Shown piece by piece: positions 10,066-21,019 of a DNA stretch of 64,000 nucleotides. The translations under genes and the position numbers were made by a program. Source of the DNA: a virus. The stretch's first letter is position 1. The number at the start of each line of letters is the position of its first letter. The DNA lies in the IMG/VR virus record IMGVR_UViG_3300009149_007629, positions 5,178 to 69,177 of that record; one strand, given 5' to 3'. The notes below the pieces were generated by a model. The model was not told the DNA's origin, searched no databases, and saw nothing but the letters and a program-made list of their open reading frames with translations.

Positions 10066-10188
10066 AAAAATTCACCTTAAATTTACTAATTTCCAAAAAC
10101 TATAATCGTTACTTCTTAATATACCGGTGTGCAATATTTTATTAAAGCAACTTTTTACTTTTTTCTAAAAACTTTTATTTAACTTTTT

Positions 10189-10226
10189 AAAAATGAAGGA
10201 ATTATACACATTAGTATAATGCTTCA
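10189..10226 (-). terminator. putative intrinsic terminator between the structural and replication modules
   Basis: Minus strand TGAAGCATTATAC-taatgt-GTATAATTCCTTCA near-perfect inverted repeat followed by TTTTT; the stem is AT-rich. Confidence 0.5.
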
Positions 10227-10292
10227 GAAAACTTTTTTATGCTACAGGTAGCACCTTAAACGCTTTACTTATTAGACTTATTTATAATGAGG

Positions 10293-11456
10293 TTATTTTT
10301 GGAACGTCCCCATTTGCTTCTGCTGCTGATCTAATTCATTCTTAATTTTCTTCTGCTCGTTATGAAGCTTTTCCCATTTATTTAAAAAATCTTTAGATTT
10401 AGAAATATTAGAGGGATCATCCGTAACATTTAAAGTCACCGTACTCTGATTATTACCACTTTGAGCAGGTTGAGAATAAGACTGTATCGCAGACTTATTC
10501 AGATGAGCTTCTACAACTCTTATAGCTGATTTACGTATTTTCATATTTTTTGCCTGATCACTAACTAACCTCTGCATAACATCCGTACCTCCTGAATAAG
10601 GCTCCGATGAGTAATCCCCTTTATCCCTTGATTGCTTATCGAAAAATTCACCTTTTTCCGGAGTAACTGGTTTTTCACCTACAGGCTCAAAAGGAGATGT
10701 ATCCTCTTTTAATTTGTCCCCAAGGGTCTCTTCCTTCTTCTCTTCTCCCTTAAGCTCTATATCACCCGCAATTTTATTATAAGCCTGCTCACCACCTACA
10801 TAATGGCCTCCAGGGACGTCATCATTACGGGGGGTATCAAAATTAGGAAGAAGTAATTGCTTAAGATTAGGGACCCAGATACGAAATTCATCATATATCC
10901 GACTAAATGCCTCATAATTCTGGTACTGGCCCCTAGGAGCAGCCCCAGAAAAGAGTATACGATCCATATTTGAAGGAGGAGTCCCCTCCATATAGTAACT
11001 TTCACTTGTTTTATCTACATTTATTACTGAGCTATTTCCTCTTTTATCCTCAAATAACAAAAGATCTGATTCAATCTTATCCGCAGTAACATTCGTATCT
11101 GAGGGGAATATTTTGACACTCCCAGCAACTTTCGACCCTATGGGTGTCAGTGAACAGGAGTACACCACTAAACTCTTCGCTGAGTACTCATTTGTTACTA
11201 CAACCAATTTATTCCAAAAAAAATAATCAGCAAAGTATTTTCCGCTGTTACCTCCCTGAAGTTTTTTAGCAGTTGATTCCTGCTCGGGGCTATTCTTCGA
11301 AAGCATGTCCTTAAGAGCTGTAAACTTTATACTGTACTCTGCAGGAGCATTATAGTAATAATATCTCCTACGCCTTACTGCAGCCTGCTCAGGAGCTTCA
11401 TCCTCTTTAGCTGCGTATACTCTCCGAAGAACATTTTTAACTCTTATAGTATCCAT
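10293..11456 (-). CDS. hypothetical protein, possibly virion-associated
   Basis: 387-aa ORF at the end of the structural operon; no family motif recognised. Confidence 0.8.
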   Translation of the reverse strand: MDTIRVKNVLRRVYAAKEDEAPEQAAVRRRRYYYYNAPAEYSIKFTALKDMLSKNSPEQESTAKKLQGGNSGKYFADYFFWNKLVVVTNEYSAKSLVVYSCSLTPIGSKVAGSVKIFPSDTNVTADKIESDLLLFEDKRGNSSVINVDKTSESYYMEGTPPSNMDRILFSGAAPRGQYQNYEAFSRIYDEFRIWVPNLKQLLLPNFDTPRNDDVPGGHYVGGEQAYNKIAGDIELKGEEKKEETLGDKLKEDTSPFEPVGEKPVTPEKGEFFDKQSRDKGDYSSEPYSGGTDVMQRLVSDQAKNMKIRKSAIRVVEAHLNKSAIQSYSQPAQSGNNQSTVTLNVTDDPSNISKSKDFLNKWEKLHNEQKKIKNELDQQQKQMGTFQK

Positions 11457-11461
11457 TTATT

Positions 11462-14400
11462 TTAGCCCTGTTTCCAAATAGGACGACCAGATATCTCAAA
11501 TACATCTATTGTATCCAGGTCCTTAAAAGGATTGAATTTATTCTCAATAGTCTCAGGCACTTCACCACTTATTACTGCCATATAAAGCCTACCAGTAATA
11601 CCTGATTCCCCAGTAACAAAATTTAAAGCACTTCTATTAATAAGATAGATCTGATATACCTTTTTATAACCATCTGATAATGATGATCCTACCCTTTCAT
11701 ACATAAGATAGGGCCGAGCTTTGTCTGTAAAAATCTTAAAAACAGGATTAGAGGAATCTGTAAGAGAAATATCATTACGTCCCCGTTTAGCTGAAGTACC
11801 TACCCCCACCATAAAATCATTAACCTGCGCATTAAGAGGATCATTTATCTTTATCTTAGGAGCGCTCATAAGTAATGAAGCTTCATATATTAAGAAGTTC
11901 ATAGCTTCTGAATAGCATTGATAGGCAGCTATACCACTTCCAGCAGTAATATTTAATGCAGGCATTCGATCGACGACATTAGAAATACCGTCTTTTGCAG
12001 TATCCAATCTAACGATCTCATAAGCATACTGCCCGGAAACCCCAACAAAACGACCCGACAATGTAAGGCCTATGTCACTGGAAACATTTAAGATTTTATA
12101 ATAGGACCCACCAACACTGAGGTAATCTCCCTCTTTTACATATTTCGTCCATTCAGGGTAAACACCGCTACTCTGCACTCCTACAACATTACGAGAGCTT
12201 GTAGTAAGGATCACATTACCCCCGGTATATGAGTAATTAGTTACGGCCCCAGAACCTAGAGTAGTAATAATAGCTGGGCCCTCTTTTTCAAACCTACCAT
12301 AAAAAGTAGAGGTCCCGTTTAATATCCCTTGATACGGTGAAAACTTATAATAAAAATTATAAGGGACTTCACTACTTGCCACATAACTATGTACAAGCAA
12401 AGGAACTCGTAACTTACCTAATCCTGCTGTAGCTCCTATTGTTATCCTAGTAGGAAGAAAATCTTCTGTATAATTAGATGATCCTGTTACAGGGAGACTC
12501 TGATTTATTGTGCTAGGACTTACCGACACAGAGGTAGCAGTAGAATTAAACTTATATGCAAAAGGGTAGCCCTCTTCATAACCCAGCTCTGTACGAGTCT
12601 TAGTTGCCAGAGCAATAATAGGTTTATCACCTGTATCTATTACATAGTTGCCTGGGTCTGATATGTTCTCTACTGCGATAGCTTCGATCATTTCATAAGT
12701 ATCTAATACACCCCGGCCCTGTTTACTTAATTCAAAGAATTTAAAAGAATCATTTACTAGATATGGATCCCCTACATCTGCAATAAATTTGCTACCGGTA
12801 TACAGTGTTATCCGGGCTTGCAAATTCGCTCCACCTGCTATTGTAAGTGTATATCCGTCTATTTTATAAGGGGACAGGGTAACAACTCTATCCTGTGAAA
12901 AATCTACAGGATTTCCCCAAGAAGAACCGCTATAGAGCTCTACTCTCTTTACTCCCAAAATATAATAGCCATTTAATTTGCTATCTTCAAGATTAAGAGT
13001 AACAATACTGGTGGCAGATACGGTACGGTATACGACCAATTCATGGCCAAAATCAACATTCTCATTATAGGACCCTCCTGAATAGTGTACATAGTCCCTG
13101 ATATCCGTATCGCCATTATTTGGATTTAGCCCAAAGTCAAGAAGTTCTTTGTCATTATTAAAACGAACAAGAACATCATTATCCCGAGTGGCTATAGGTA
13201 AATATGTACTTTTAGAGACTTCTATAAAATTTGAAGGAACATCCTTAAACCCTGTTACTGAAGAGGAGTTATATTTAAAGGTATACTCCATAAACAAAGT
13301 ATCAGAAGTACCTACTATACTATTACTTCCGGTATCAGCTACTTCTACGGTATCTACTCCGGTATTTGATACCCCTGTAACTACTCCTAATGTCGGGCTG
13401 TAAAAACCCTCAATAGATACAATCTCACCATTTGGAAAACTTAATACACTTGATAATGTAATGGTGTCGCCATCCCGCCAGGTAGTCCCTGGTCTGGGTA
13501 CCTCTATAATATTAAGACCGTTCGTGTATTGCGCATTAGTGAATGAGCGCCTTTTAAATGTAGTAGAAGTAGTGTTACTTCCATCTCCTACATCCGGTAT
13601 ATCATCACCACCGGTGCTGTTTATCCGCTCAACCTTCATAGGCATACTACCACCGGAAAAGGCCATACTTATCTGGCCATTTTCTCCTGCAGCTTTTTTA
13701 AGAGCAGTACTTAACTGACCCGCAAGAAGTTTTGATACAGTTTTATTTAAACTTGTATTTACATCTTCTCCGGAAGACAGCAACTTATGCCTAAAATCAA
13801 TAATATCGTCAGCATAAATTACATCAGCCAATTTCTCATCAGGACGATCTTTACGTATGCCACTATTAAAGAGGTCTTTTGTTACCGAAGTATTATTTAT
13901 AGTCGTAGCAGTAAAAACTTCTGTTGTACGTGTTCTTCTATAGACCAAAAACATAGGTATAGCATATACGTAGCCATCAACAGTATTTAAAGCTGTCTTA
14001 GAATCGGTAGAGCCATCTCCTGCTACATATAAACCTATATCCGAGGATCCAAATTTACTATAAGTAGCAAAGCTGTATTCCCCGTTAGTACGTCCCCCTA
14101 TTGGATTTATAGACACATCACTAAACACATCACTATCTGCATTTAGATTCGTTGCTATCGACTCAGTTCTAACTCTATATTGTACCTGCACTCTTTTAGT
14201 TGTTTCAGCACCGATAGCTGCCCACAGTATTTGATTATCACTGTAAGGATTCTGAGTAATGTTACCATAAGGATATAGAGAGTCGGTATAACTTACCAGT
14301 TTTCTCCAAACTTCAAGATACACAAAATCATATCTTTGACTAATAGGATCCGGTAGCATTATGGTATTATCAGAAGTTACCGAATTAGTACCCTGGAAAT

Positions 14401-14722
14401 TTATTATCATGCCATTGACTATGGCAATGTTATGACCTGCAGAAGCTACCTTAAAAGTATTCGCAGAATATGATTCTGAGCATAGTACCTGGCCGTCGAT
14501 TGCCTTAGACCCATCTAGATCCTGTAAAGTATCCTCTACAGAGTACCAGCCGGAAGGAATAGAAGCTGTAACAGTCCCTTTAAGTTTCTCATTACTTATA
14601 TCGTTTATGAGATTCCATTCACTAGTCAGTGGCGATCTACGATATAAGAAGACTACATTTTCCAGGCTTCTATCTTCTACCTCAACATACCTATTTTGAG
14701 GGACATTACAATTATCGGCCAT
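11462..14722 (-). CDS. large baseplate/tail-fibre-like structural protein, paralog of 35140..39606
   Basis: Shares LEVWR, ETTKRVQxQYRxR, TVDGY...IPMF...RR and RPD motifs with 35140..39606; beta-rich composition. Confidence 0.7.
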   Translation of the reverse strand: MADNCNVPQNRYVEVEDRSLENVVFLYRRSPLTSEWNLINDISNEKLKGTVTASIPSGWYSVEDTLQDLDGSKAIDGQVLCSESYSANTFKVASAGHNIAIVNGMIINFQGTNSVTSDNTIMLPDPISQRYDFVYLEVWRKLVSYTDSLYPYGNITQNPYSDNQILWAAIGAETTKRVQVQYRVRTESIATNLNADSDVFSDVSINPIGGRTNGEYSFATYSKFGSSDIGLYVAGDGSTDSKTALNTVDGYVYAIPMFLVYRRTRTTEVFTATTINNTSVTKDLFNSGIRKDRPDEKLADVIYADDIIDFRHKLLSSGEDVNTSLNKTVSKLLAGQLSTALKKAAGENGQISMAFSGGSMPMKVERINSTGGDDIPDVGDGSNTTSTTFKRRSFTNAQYTNGLNIIEVPRPGTTWRDGDTITLSSVLSFPNGEIVSIEGFYSPTLGVVTGVSNTGVDTVEVADTGSNSIVGTSDTLFMEYTFKYNSSSVTGFKDVPSNFIEVSKSTYLPIATRDNDVLVRFNNDKELLDFGLNPNNGDTDIRDYVHYSGGSYNENVDFGHELVVYRTVSATSIVTLNLEDSKLNGYYILGVKRVELYSGSSWGNPVDFSQDRVVTLSPYKIDGYTLTIAGGANLQARITLYTGSKFIADVGDPYLVNDSFKFFELSKQGRGVLDTYEMIEAIAVENISDPGNYVIDTGDKPIIALATKTRTELGYEEGYPFAYKFNSTATSVSVSPSTINQSLPVTGSSNYTEDFLPTRITIGATAGLGKLRVPLLVHSYVASSEVPYNFYYKFSPYQGILNGTSTFYGRFEKEGPAIITTLGSGAVTNYSYTGGNVILTTSSRNVVGVQSSGVYPEWTKYVKEGDYLSVGGSYYKILNVSSDIGLTLSGRFVGVSGQYAYEIVRLDTAKDGISNVVDRMPALNITAGSGIAAYQCYSEAMNFLIYEASLLMSAPKIKINDPLNAQVNDFMVGVGTSAKRGRNDISLTDSSNPVFKIFTDKARPYLMYERVGSSLSDGYKKVYQIYLINRSALNFVTGESGITGRLYMAVISGEVPETIENKFNPFKDLDTIDVFEISGRPIWKQG

Positions 14723-14735
14723 ATTATTTCCTATT

Positions 14736-15701
14736 TCAATTCAGATACTGCATCCGTATGACATCAAGAGGATAAACAACTTTTTCCTCTATCTTTGGTA
14801 TTTCTAATAATACTTTTAAGAGATAATTATACTCTTGATCAAAACTCTCATATAAGGCCTCATCTAGGAAATAAAAAGCCGGGTAAGATGTATGCTGCTT
14901 AAAAATTTTATCTAGATGCGCTAACACTGACAAAACCGCTACAGCCTTAAAAAGTAACTTTTTAATACTCTCGTAGTTATTTATTACTTCTGGTATTAGT
15001 ATCTCAGAGATGACATCCGATTCCCGTTTACATTGACCTAAGAGTTCACCTTTAAATTTTACTTGTAGGCATGATACTGATTTATTTAGAAGTTCTTCAT
15101 ACATATCAATCTTTGCCCACTGATCGTCATTAGCAAGGTTCTCCCTAAGGCTATCAAATATGTCCTGGATCTTATCCGATCCCCACATCTGCTTTATTAT
15201 TTTAGTCCTCGCCAAAGCTAAAGCATCCTGTTTGATAGCTAGAAGCATCATTGAAAGACTATGTATCTTTCTTTTAAATACTCCCAGATTCTTTACCAGG
15301 CACCCTATATCCAAGCCTTCACCTGCATTAAAAGTATGGTCAAGACTTCTTTGAATATTATTACGATCATCGGAGATATCTAGCACCTCCACCTTTTTCT
15401 TGCCTAAAGCACCCGGAGCATCTGATAAAAACTTATTGAGACACTCTGCTCCGGGCACTTTACCTGTACTTTTAAATATCTTTACTTTCGGACTATCCTT
15501 ATAGAGCTCTACCAAAAGGTCATTTGTCACCTGAGAAAATCTATCAGATGACTGCCTATCTGAGCTAAAAACTTCATGGCCCTTATAGCATAGCCTAGGT
15601 TTCTTATCACGATATATGACATTAACAACCTGCTGCCCGTCATTTACATGAGCAAGAACTTTAACACTACTTAAAGAGATATTACTAAAAACATATTTCA
15701 T
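14736..15701 (-). CDS. hypothetical, mostly helical protein
   Basis: 321-aa ORF coupled to the upstream gene by a TAATG overlap. Confidence 0.8.
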   Translation of the reverse strand: MKYVFSNISLSSVKVLAHVNDGQQVVNVIYRDKKPRLCYKGHEVFSSDRQSSDRFSQVTNDLLVELYKDSPKVKIFKSTGKVPGAECLNKFLSDAPGALGKKKVEVLDISDDRNNIQRSLDHTFNAGEGLDIGCLVKNLGVFKRKIHSLSMMLLAIKQDALALARTKIIKQMWGSDKIQDIFDSLRENLANDDQWAKIDMYEELLNKSVSCLQVKFKGELLGQCKRESDVISEILIPEVINNYESIKKLLFKAVAVLSVLAHLDKIFKQHTSYPAFYFLDEALYESFDQEYNYLLKVLLEIPKIEEKVVYPLDVIRMQYLN

Positions 15702-16291
15702 TATGAAGTGATCCTAAAGATAACAGTAACAGTCATGGTACTCGTTTTATTTATTACTGGAAAAGTTCTCCAGTTTACCATCGTCCCAGAATTTATTTCA
15801 GCAGTAGCATCCCCTCCAAAAAGACTCATCTCTACGATGGGGCCTACAGCTTCAGATTCTCCAAAAGTAACAGAATAATCTACGATATTTGTATAGACAG
15901 TCGTAGGCTCCCCTGTCTCTGGATGCACAAAAGTTGAATAATCAACAGCTTTGCGATAAAATTCGTTCTCTAGGCGAGTCTGAGAGGTCGTAGGGGCCGG
16001 AGGATCAAACAGATCCCAATTGCTATTACCCCTACCTACTGCAAGATAAGAAATACCATTCTGAGGCTCACTATTATCTTTTAATAGTCGTGCAATAAGT
16101 ATAGAAGCAGAATTAACTATAATATTATGCTTATTATACTCATATACAAGCTCCCCACCCAAAGCCTTATCATATGCCTTAACAAAAAGCTCTCCCTTAA
16201 GACCCGGATACTTCGGCTCCTCCACCTTCATCGAAGAGCTCAATCTTAGGAGGGATCCTATATTCTTGCATCTTTCCAGAAAAACGCCCAT
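15701..16291 (-). CDS. baseplate/tail-fibre attachment-type structural protein
   Basis: HNIIVN, ISYLAVGRG, LENEFYRK, EMSLFGG and RTFPVINK pattern typical of myovirus baseplate/collar proteins; SD AAGGA. Confidence 0.65.
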   Translation of the reverse strand: MGVFLERCKNIGSLLRLSSSMKVEEPKYPGLKGELFVKAYDKALGGELVYEYNKHNIIVNSASILIARLLKDNSEPQNGISYLAVGRGNSNWDLFDPPAPTTSQTRLENEFYRKAVDYSTFVHPETGEPTTVYTNIVDYSVTFGESEAVGPIVEMSLFGGDATAEINSGTMVNWRTFPVINKTSTMTVTVIFRITS

Positions 16292-16337
16292 ATTTGTTCC
16301 TTTGACGATTTATTATATGTATTTATATAGCCTAAAG

Positions 16338-16350
16338 ATTAGGAGATTAT
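16338..16350 (-). promoter_or_regulatory. candidate late-promoter motif ATAATCTCCTAAT (followed by TATAAATA at 16327-16320)
   Basis: A similar 13-mer recurs in two other intergenic gaps of the structural module. Confidence 0.35.
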
Positions 16351-16352
16351 TA

Positions 16353-19145
16353 TTACACTATAGGTACCAATTGCTGTATCTCTGTTATCTTAATAGAGTC
16401 ATCATGTAGTATCTCTCTAATTATCCTCTTATATAACTGATATTGAGCCTCTCCAAGTCTTAGCTCTGGAAGATCATTCACAGGATCCCCTGAAGATAAT
16501 ATCGCATCCTCTTGCTCCTGAGTAATGACCATAACCGCTAAAGGATAACTAGCAGCAGAAACACTACTGCTTACCCTCTCAGAGGTCTCAAACACCGTAC
16601 CATGGCAATAAATGTTTTCTACCTGAGCAGAACTCACATTCCAATAACTTCTCTTAATACCATTCCCAATGTCATCTGTTAAATTATAAGGATCCTCTAT
16701 CAATATCCCGGGAGACCCCGTATCTCCTAAAGACACTATGATCATGTCCTGATCCCAGTTTCTCCACTGTACCCTATATTCTGCTTCGCTATACGATATA
16801 AAGATACCCGTCTCTGTAGAAGGGATCTGGTAAACATCATAATCAGCTACAGATCTTAAATCTGCGTAATCTACAGGACCCGTTATACCAAGATCTAAAG
16901 CCCCACTGGGACCCGTTATACCTGTATATACTCCGGTATACCCATTAGAGTTACCCTCAGCATCTATAATCTGAGAGGTATTAATGATCCCGGTAACACC
17001 CTGAGTCCTATTTGTAAGGTAAGTCTTGCCATCAACAGAATATTCTTCAATATCATAATATGACACAGAAGGATTTGAAATCCAAGGATTATCAGGATTT
17101 CTGGGATATGGATCGGGATCAGGATCCGGAAAATACAACTTAAAATTTACCCCCGTCTCACCATAACCAGGTAACCTCTTAAGTATATCTTCTGGGATAC
17201 CATATGTATACCCAAGATCTCCGTTTAGTACTATCTCTCTATTTAAATTAGATAGATAAACATCTACAGCATATGTGCGGGCCCGGACTAGGTCATAATC
17301 ATACTGCCCACTAGCCCCTTCAAAAGGGAAATTAAACTTAGCAGTTTCAAAATCGATCACATTAACTATAACGTACTCTAAATCCCTATACACTACAATA
17401 TTTTGCTGTGTATCACTGTCCCACTGTTCAAAAGGGACATCCTTAACAGTGAGTATATCCCCGGCCCTTACTGCTAAAAAATTCTTCTCTATACTCTTAA
17501 TGAAATTAGATTTATTAAGAACCTGTATAGACCCGGTCTTATACTCAGATGGTACCTGATTTATATAATCAAGGTAATCATTTAATCTAAGCTCTCTATT
17601 TGGATAATACTGATCGATATATGCAAACTTAAAGGGTATTACTTGACCACCTTCATCTATTGATGTTAGATTTGCATCATACCCACAATTAGAAAATTCT
17701 ACCATTTTAAGATCTGAATGGAGATTAATCTTTTTATTAGTACCATACTCACATACATTATTAAAATCTATAATACCTGAATCATCCGGATTAATAATAT
17801 TAAAAGACCCACCGATATCTAATCCACCCTCTAAATCTGGATCATAAGTATCTTTTTCTACCGCATGATATAAATCCCTATAATGCCCATCATCTGTATA
17901 ACTTTCTACAAATAATGGTATCCCGGGATTTAGAATTGTAGCAGGCTCTATATCCTTATTTAGGTACCGATCGTTAAGAATAACATCCTTATCTGAATCA
18001 GTAAGGTACTCGGGGGAAAACATAAGATTGAACTCATTAAGTACACTACCGTTATTCTTAAAAGATGCCTGTACAGTATTTCTTTGATAGTCATTAAGTA
18101 GCAGAGTCTCAGAATTAAGCACTGAGGAATTAGAAAGATTAAAAACCCTATAACGATACCCTATCTTAAGTAATTCTTCAAACGGCCAGTATGGCTGGTC
18201 TACATTATCAGGATTTTGGTCCACAAGCATTGTGTAGCCACTTTTTGACCCATAGTATGTATCTGATGTGTACTCCGTAAAGCCATAAGAGGTATCTGCA
18301 CAAGCATCAGGCAGCATTAAATAATTTCTCTGCTGATGAGTGTAGTAATAATTAAATTCTATTATGGAATCTAACGGAGGTAGAAAATCAACCCGGATAT
18401 GACCCAGTAAAGGCCTCACTGCTGTAACTGCATCCGGTACCTCTACATATTTATAAATAGTGTATGGGAATGTAGATACTAAATCGGGTACCAGATTAGG
18501 AATCTTAAAAGTACCATTTATTGGATCTACTTCTTCAACATGATATATAAGAGAATTATCTAAATAATTTCTTACTGTAAAAATTACAGTATCACCAGAT
18601 TCTACTAAAGTAAGATCCGATACCGTATCCTCAAATACAGTACCTTTATCTACCCCTTCCTCTGTTCTACTTATAATAACAGCACTACCCGTAACAACTT
18701 TTGTACCCACAGAAACAGTTATATCTGAAGGCAGTGCCAGCTCACCCATCCTATTAAGAATCGGGAACTTATTTACCTGATAGTCTAAGCTATCTCCATA
18801 CAGTGCCGGATTTACTACATCATACGGCCAAGATAATCTTCGTACAACCCCATTTTCACTTATGATATTAAACTGACCTACTAAATCATTTGGCTGCGCC
18901 TGAAAATCATCTAGATCTGAGACCACCGTCTCTAAATAATTCTGAGGCTTAGGAAACCTATCTGAATAATAGTAATCAATTCTTAACTGTGTATTAAAAG
19001 GAGGAAGGAAGTTAAGCGTTACTATACCTTCCCAGGGGGATACTGAAACTACTGCATCCTCTACAATCCTACCGTCTATGTATACTATCAGATCCGATGG
19101 AATCGCAAGACCTCCCTGCTGACTAAGCATAGGAAGTTTAGGCAT
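16353..19145 (-). CDS. C-terminal part of a large baseplate wedge protein (in frame with 19179..21002 across one TGA)
   Basis: Internal repeat LPML..GGLAIPSD...FLPP..DYYY / FPIL..GELALPSD...FLPP..NYYY; no SD before its ATG; same frame as the upstream ORF. Confidence 0.75.
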   Translation of the reverse strand: MPKLPMLSQQGGLAIPSDLIVYIDGRIVEDAVVSVSPWEGIVTLNFLPPFNTQLRIDYYYSDRFPKPQNYLETVVSDLDDFQAQPNDLVGQFNIISENGVVRRLSWPYDVVNPALYGDSLDYQVNKFPILNRMGELALPSDITVSVGTKVVTGSAVIISRTEEGVDKGTVFEDTVSDLTLVESGDTVIFTVRNYLDNSLIYHVEEVDPINGTFKIPNLVPDLVSTFPYTIYKYVEVPDAVTAVRPLLGHIRVDFLPPLDSIIEFNYYYTHQQRNYLMLPDACADTSYGFTEYTSDTYYGSKSGYTMLVDQNPDNVDQPYWPFEELLKIGYRYRVFNLSNSSVLNSETLLLNDYQRNTVQASFKNNGSVLNEFNLMFSPEYLTDSDKDVILNDRYLNKDIEPATILNPGIPLFVESYTDDGHYRDLYHAVEKDTYDPDLEGGLDIGGSFNIINPDDSGIIDFNNVCEYGTNKKINLHSDLKMVEFSNCGYDANLTSIDEGGQVIPFKFAYIDQYYPNRELRLNDYLDYINQVPSEYKTGSIQVLNKSNFIKSIEKNFLAVRAGDILTVKDVPFEQWDSDTQQNIVVYRDLEYVIVNVIDFETAKFNFPFEGASGQYDYDLVRARTYAVDVYLSNLNREIVLNGDLGYTYGIPEDILKRLPGYGETGVNFKLYFPDPDPDPYPRNPDNPWISNPSVSYYDIEEYSVDGKTYLTNRTQGVTGIINTSQIIDAEGNSNGYTGVYTGITGPSGALDLGITGPVDYADLRSVADYDVYQIPSTETGIFISYSEAEYRVQWRNWDQDMIIVSLGDTGSPGILIEDPYNLTDDIGNGIKRSYWNVSSAQVENIYCHGTVFETSERVSSSVSAASYPLAVMVITQEQEDAILSSGDPVNDLPELRLGEAQYQLYKRIIREILHDDSIKITEIQQLVPIV

Positions 19146-19178
19146 TGTATATGTATTAGGATCAGAAGAAAGATGATA

Positions 19179-21002
19179 TCAGGCAGGAACATTATATTCT
19201 CCAGGGTCATTCTCTAACTCTTCTGGTGTAAAAGGATAAAAGGTGTTAAAAAATCCTGAGGTTACCTGAAGATCCGGCCATGCATAAAATTTGCGGGTAT
19301 CCTCATAAAAAGGCATCAAATTACAAGACGCCCTCCTATCACATAATTCTGTTGTATCATTTATAGTCTGAACAGTAGCATCTTCCCCATCCTCTACAAA
19401 GGATCCGGTTTTTGCTACATCTATGTAATAATCAACATCAGGAGCATTTAATCCAGTATACCCATAATTTAATACAAATATATTTTTAGCTTCTTCTTGA
19501 GTAAGCGTACGAAGTGGGTCATCTACCGAAAATTGTGCAGTATAATCATCATCTATATATAAACTGTATCTCTGCGTCTCTTTCTCTTTTTTAGCCTTTG
19601 CATTATCTCTTTTATAGAATTTAGATTCTATTCTTACTATGGTAGCAACACCATCTTTTACTACAACATCATAACCCTCTTCTGTACCCTCAGGTATCTC
19701 TTTATCTTTTTTAACATATTCCTGAAATATAGGACGTTCGATAAGTTTGTCGTCAAACTGCTTGAAGAAATTTTCTTCTACTTCAGGAGGTACCTGATAA
19801 AATTGAAACTGATCATTATATTTAGTAGCCTTTAATGCTATCTCTGATCCGAGCATTAAATTTGTATCCTCTATACGATACTCCCCTAAGCTATCCCGGG
19901 TGTACATATAGGTTTCATCATTGTACACTACTATCGACCCATCTGTCAGATATATCTCTTTTATATCCTCATCGATATCATCTATTATACCACTGTATAA
20001 CCACTGATCATCAATGATCTCTGAACTACCATCTCCATCTTTAGTCGCATAATATTTTAGGACGTCCCCCACGAGCAAAATCTCAGGACTGATACTTACA
20101 TACTCAGTACCATCCCACCTGTACAACTCTGTGTATCTATTATAGACAAGGATACGACTATCAGTAAGTAGGATAACACCCTTATCATAATCGATACTTT
20201 GTATGGTACCCTCTTCCCAGCTCTCTTGGGGATCTTCTACGGCATCCTTATAGATCTTCTCAGCAAGATATGTTACCATATCTATCTTTGATGCCCCATA
20301 CACCGTGTATGGCATACTTGTAGTATTATACTTAGGAGTACACTCCCCATCACTACCTAACGTCTCTGTCCAAATCAGACGAGTGTTATACAAGGTATGA
20401 GAGGGCTTTATCATATCTATAAAAAATCGGATATCATCTAAAAGAAGACCTACTAAATATGTGGAGGCTCCTAATTTATCCATAAAGATGTTAAAGAACA
20501 TCCTATGAGTATCTTTAAGAGTATAAAAAGAGGTCTCTTTTCTTACCTGTAAATATATCTCTTGTATCTCTACAGGTATCCCTAGTATGTTAGATACGGA
20601 TTTTTCGATATTATCTTTTCGACTTCCACCATAGTACCCGTTTCTTACATTTATTAGAAAATCTCGGTACTGTGTATCTGCCAAATTATCATTTACTACT
20701 TTTTCTCCAAGAAAAAGAGTGTCCCCTAATATCTGAAAGAGATACTCAGGACGAGTACTGACATGATACCTATCTTCATTAACATCTGAGGTCGAGTATT
20801 GATACCGTGAGAACTCTTTAGCGACGGACAGAAACAGCTCTGCTAAATTAGTATTATGGTCTTTAGAATAGTTACTAGGAAGCGCATTTAACAATCTATC
20901 CTGTACACTACGAGCTAGTTGAAGAACATTCTTCTTAAACTCTATACCGGATTTAAAGCGCTTTAAGCCTACTCTTTCCTGTACTGAAGCTGTATAATCC
21001 AT
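19179..21002 (-). CDS. baseplate wedge protein (P2 gpI/DUF2313-like N-terminal domain), N-terminal part
   Basis: LLNALPSNY, YRDFL...GGSRKDNIEKSV and IDMIKPSHT match the gpI-type wedge pattern. Confidence 0.65.
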   Translation of the reverse strand: MDYTASVQERVGLKRFKSGIEFKKNVLQLARSVQDRLLNALPSNYSKDHNTNLAELFLSVAKEFSRYQYSTSDVNEDRYHVSTRPEYLFQILGDTLFLGEKVVNDNLADTQYRDFLINVRNGYYGGSRKDNIEKSVSNILGIPVEIQEIYLQVRKETSFYTLKDTHRMFFNIFMDKLGASTYLVGLLLDDIRFFIDMIKPSHTLYNTRLIWTETLGSDGECTPKYNTTSMPYTVYGASKIDMVTYLAEKIYKDAVEDPQESWEEGTIQSIDYDKGVILLTDSRILVYNRYTELYRWDGTEYVSISPEILLVGDVLKYYATKDGDGSSEIIDDQWLYSGIIDDIDEDIKEIYLTDGSIVVYNDETYMYTRDSLGEYRIEDTNLMLGSEIALKATKYNDQFQFYQVPPEVEENFFKQFDDKLIERPIFQEYVKKDKEIPEGTEEGYDVVVKDGVATIVRIESKFYKRDNAKAKKEKETQRYSLYIDDDYTAQFSVDDPLRTLTQEEAKNIFVLNYGYTGLNAPDVDYYIDVAKTGSFVEDGEDATVQTINDTTELCDRRASCNLMPFYEDTRKFYAWPDLQVTSGFFNTFYPFTPEELENDPGEYNVPA

Positions 21003-21019
21003 TTTTATATGTTTTCCAA

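Noticed and set aside
19100-19181. Selenocysteine insertion at the internal TGA
   Set aside because: No SECIS-like hairpin is visible downstream, and the context is not a redox motif.
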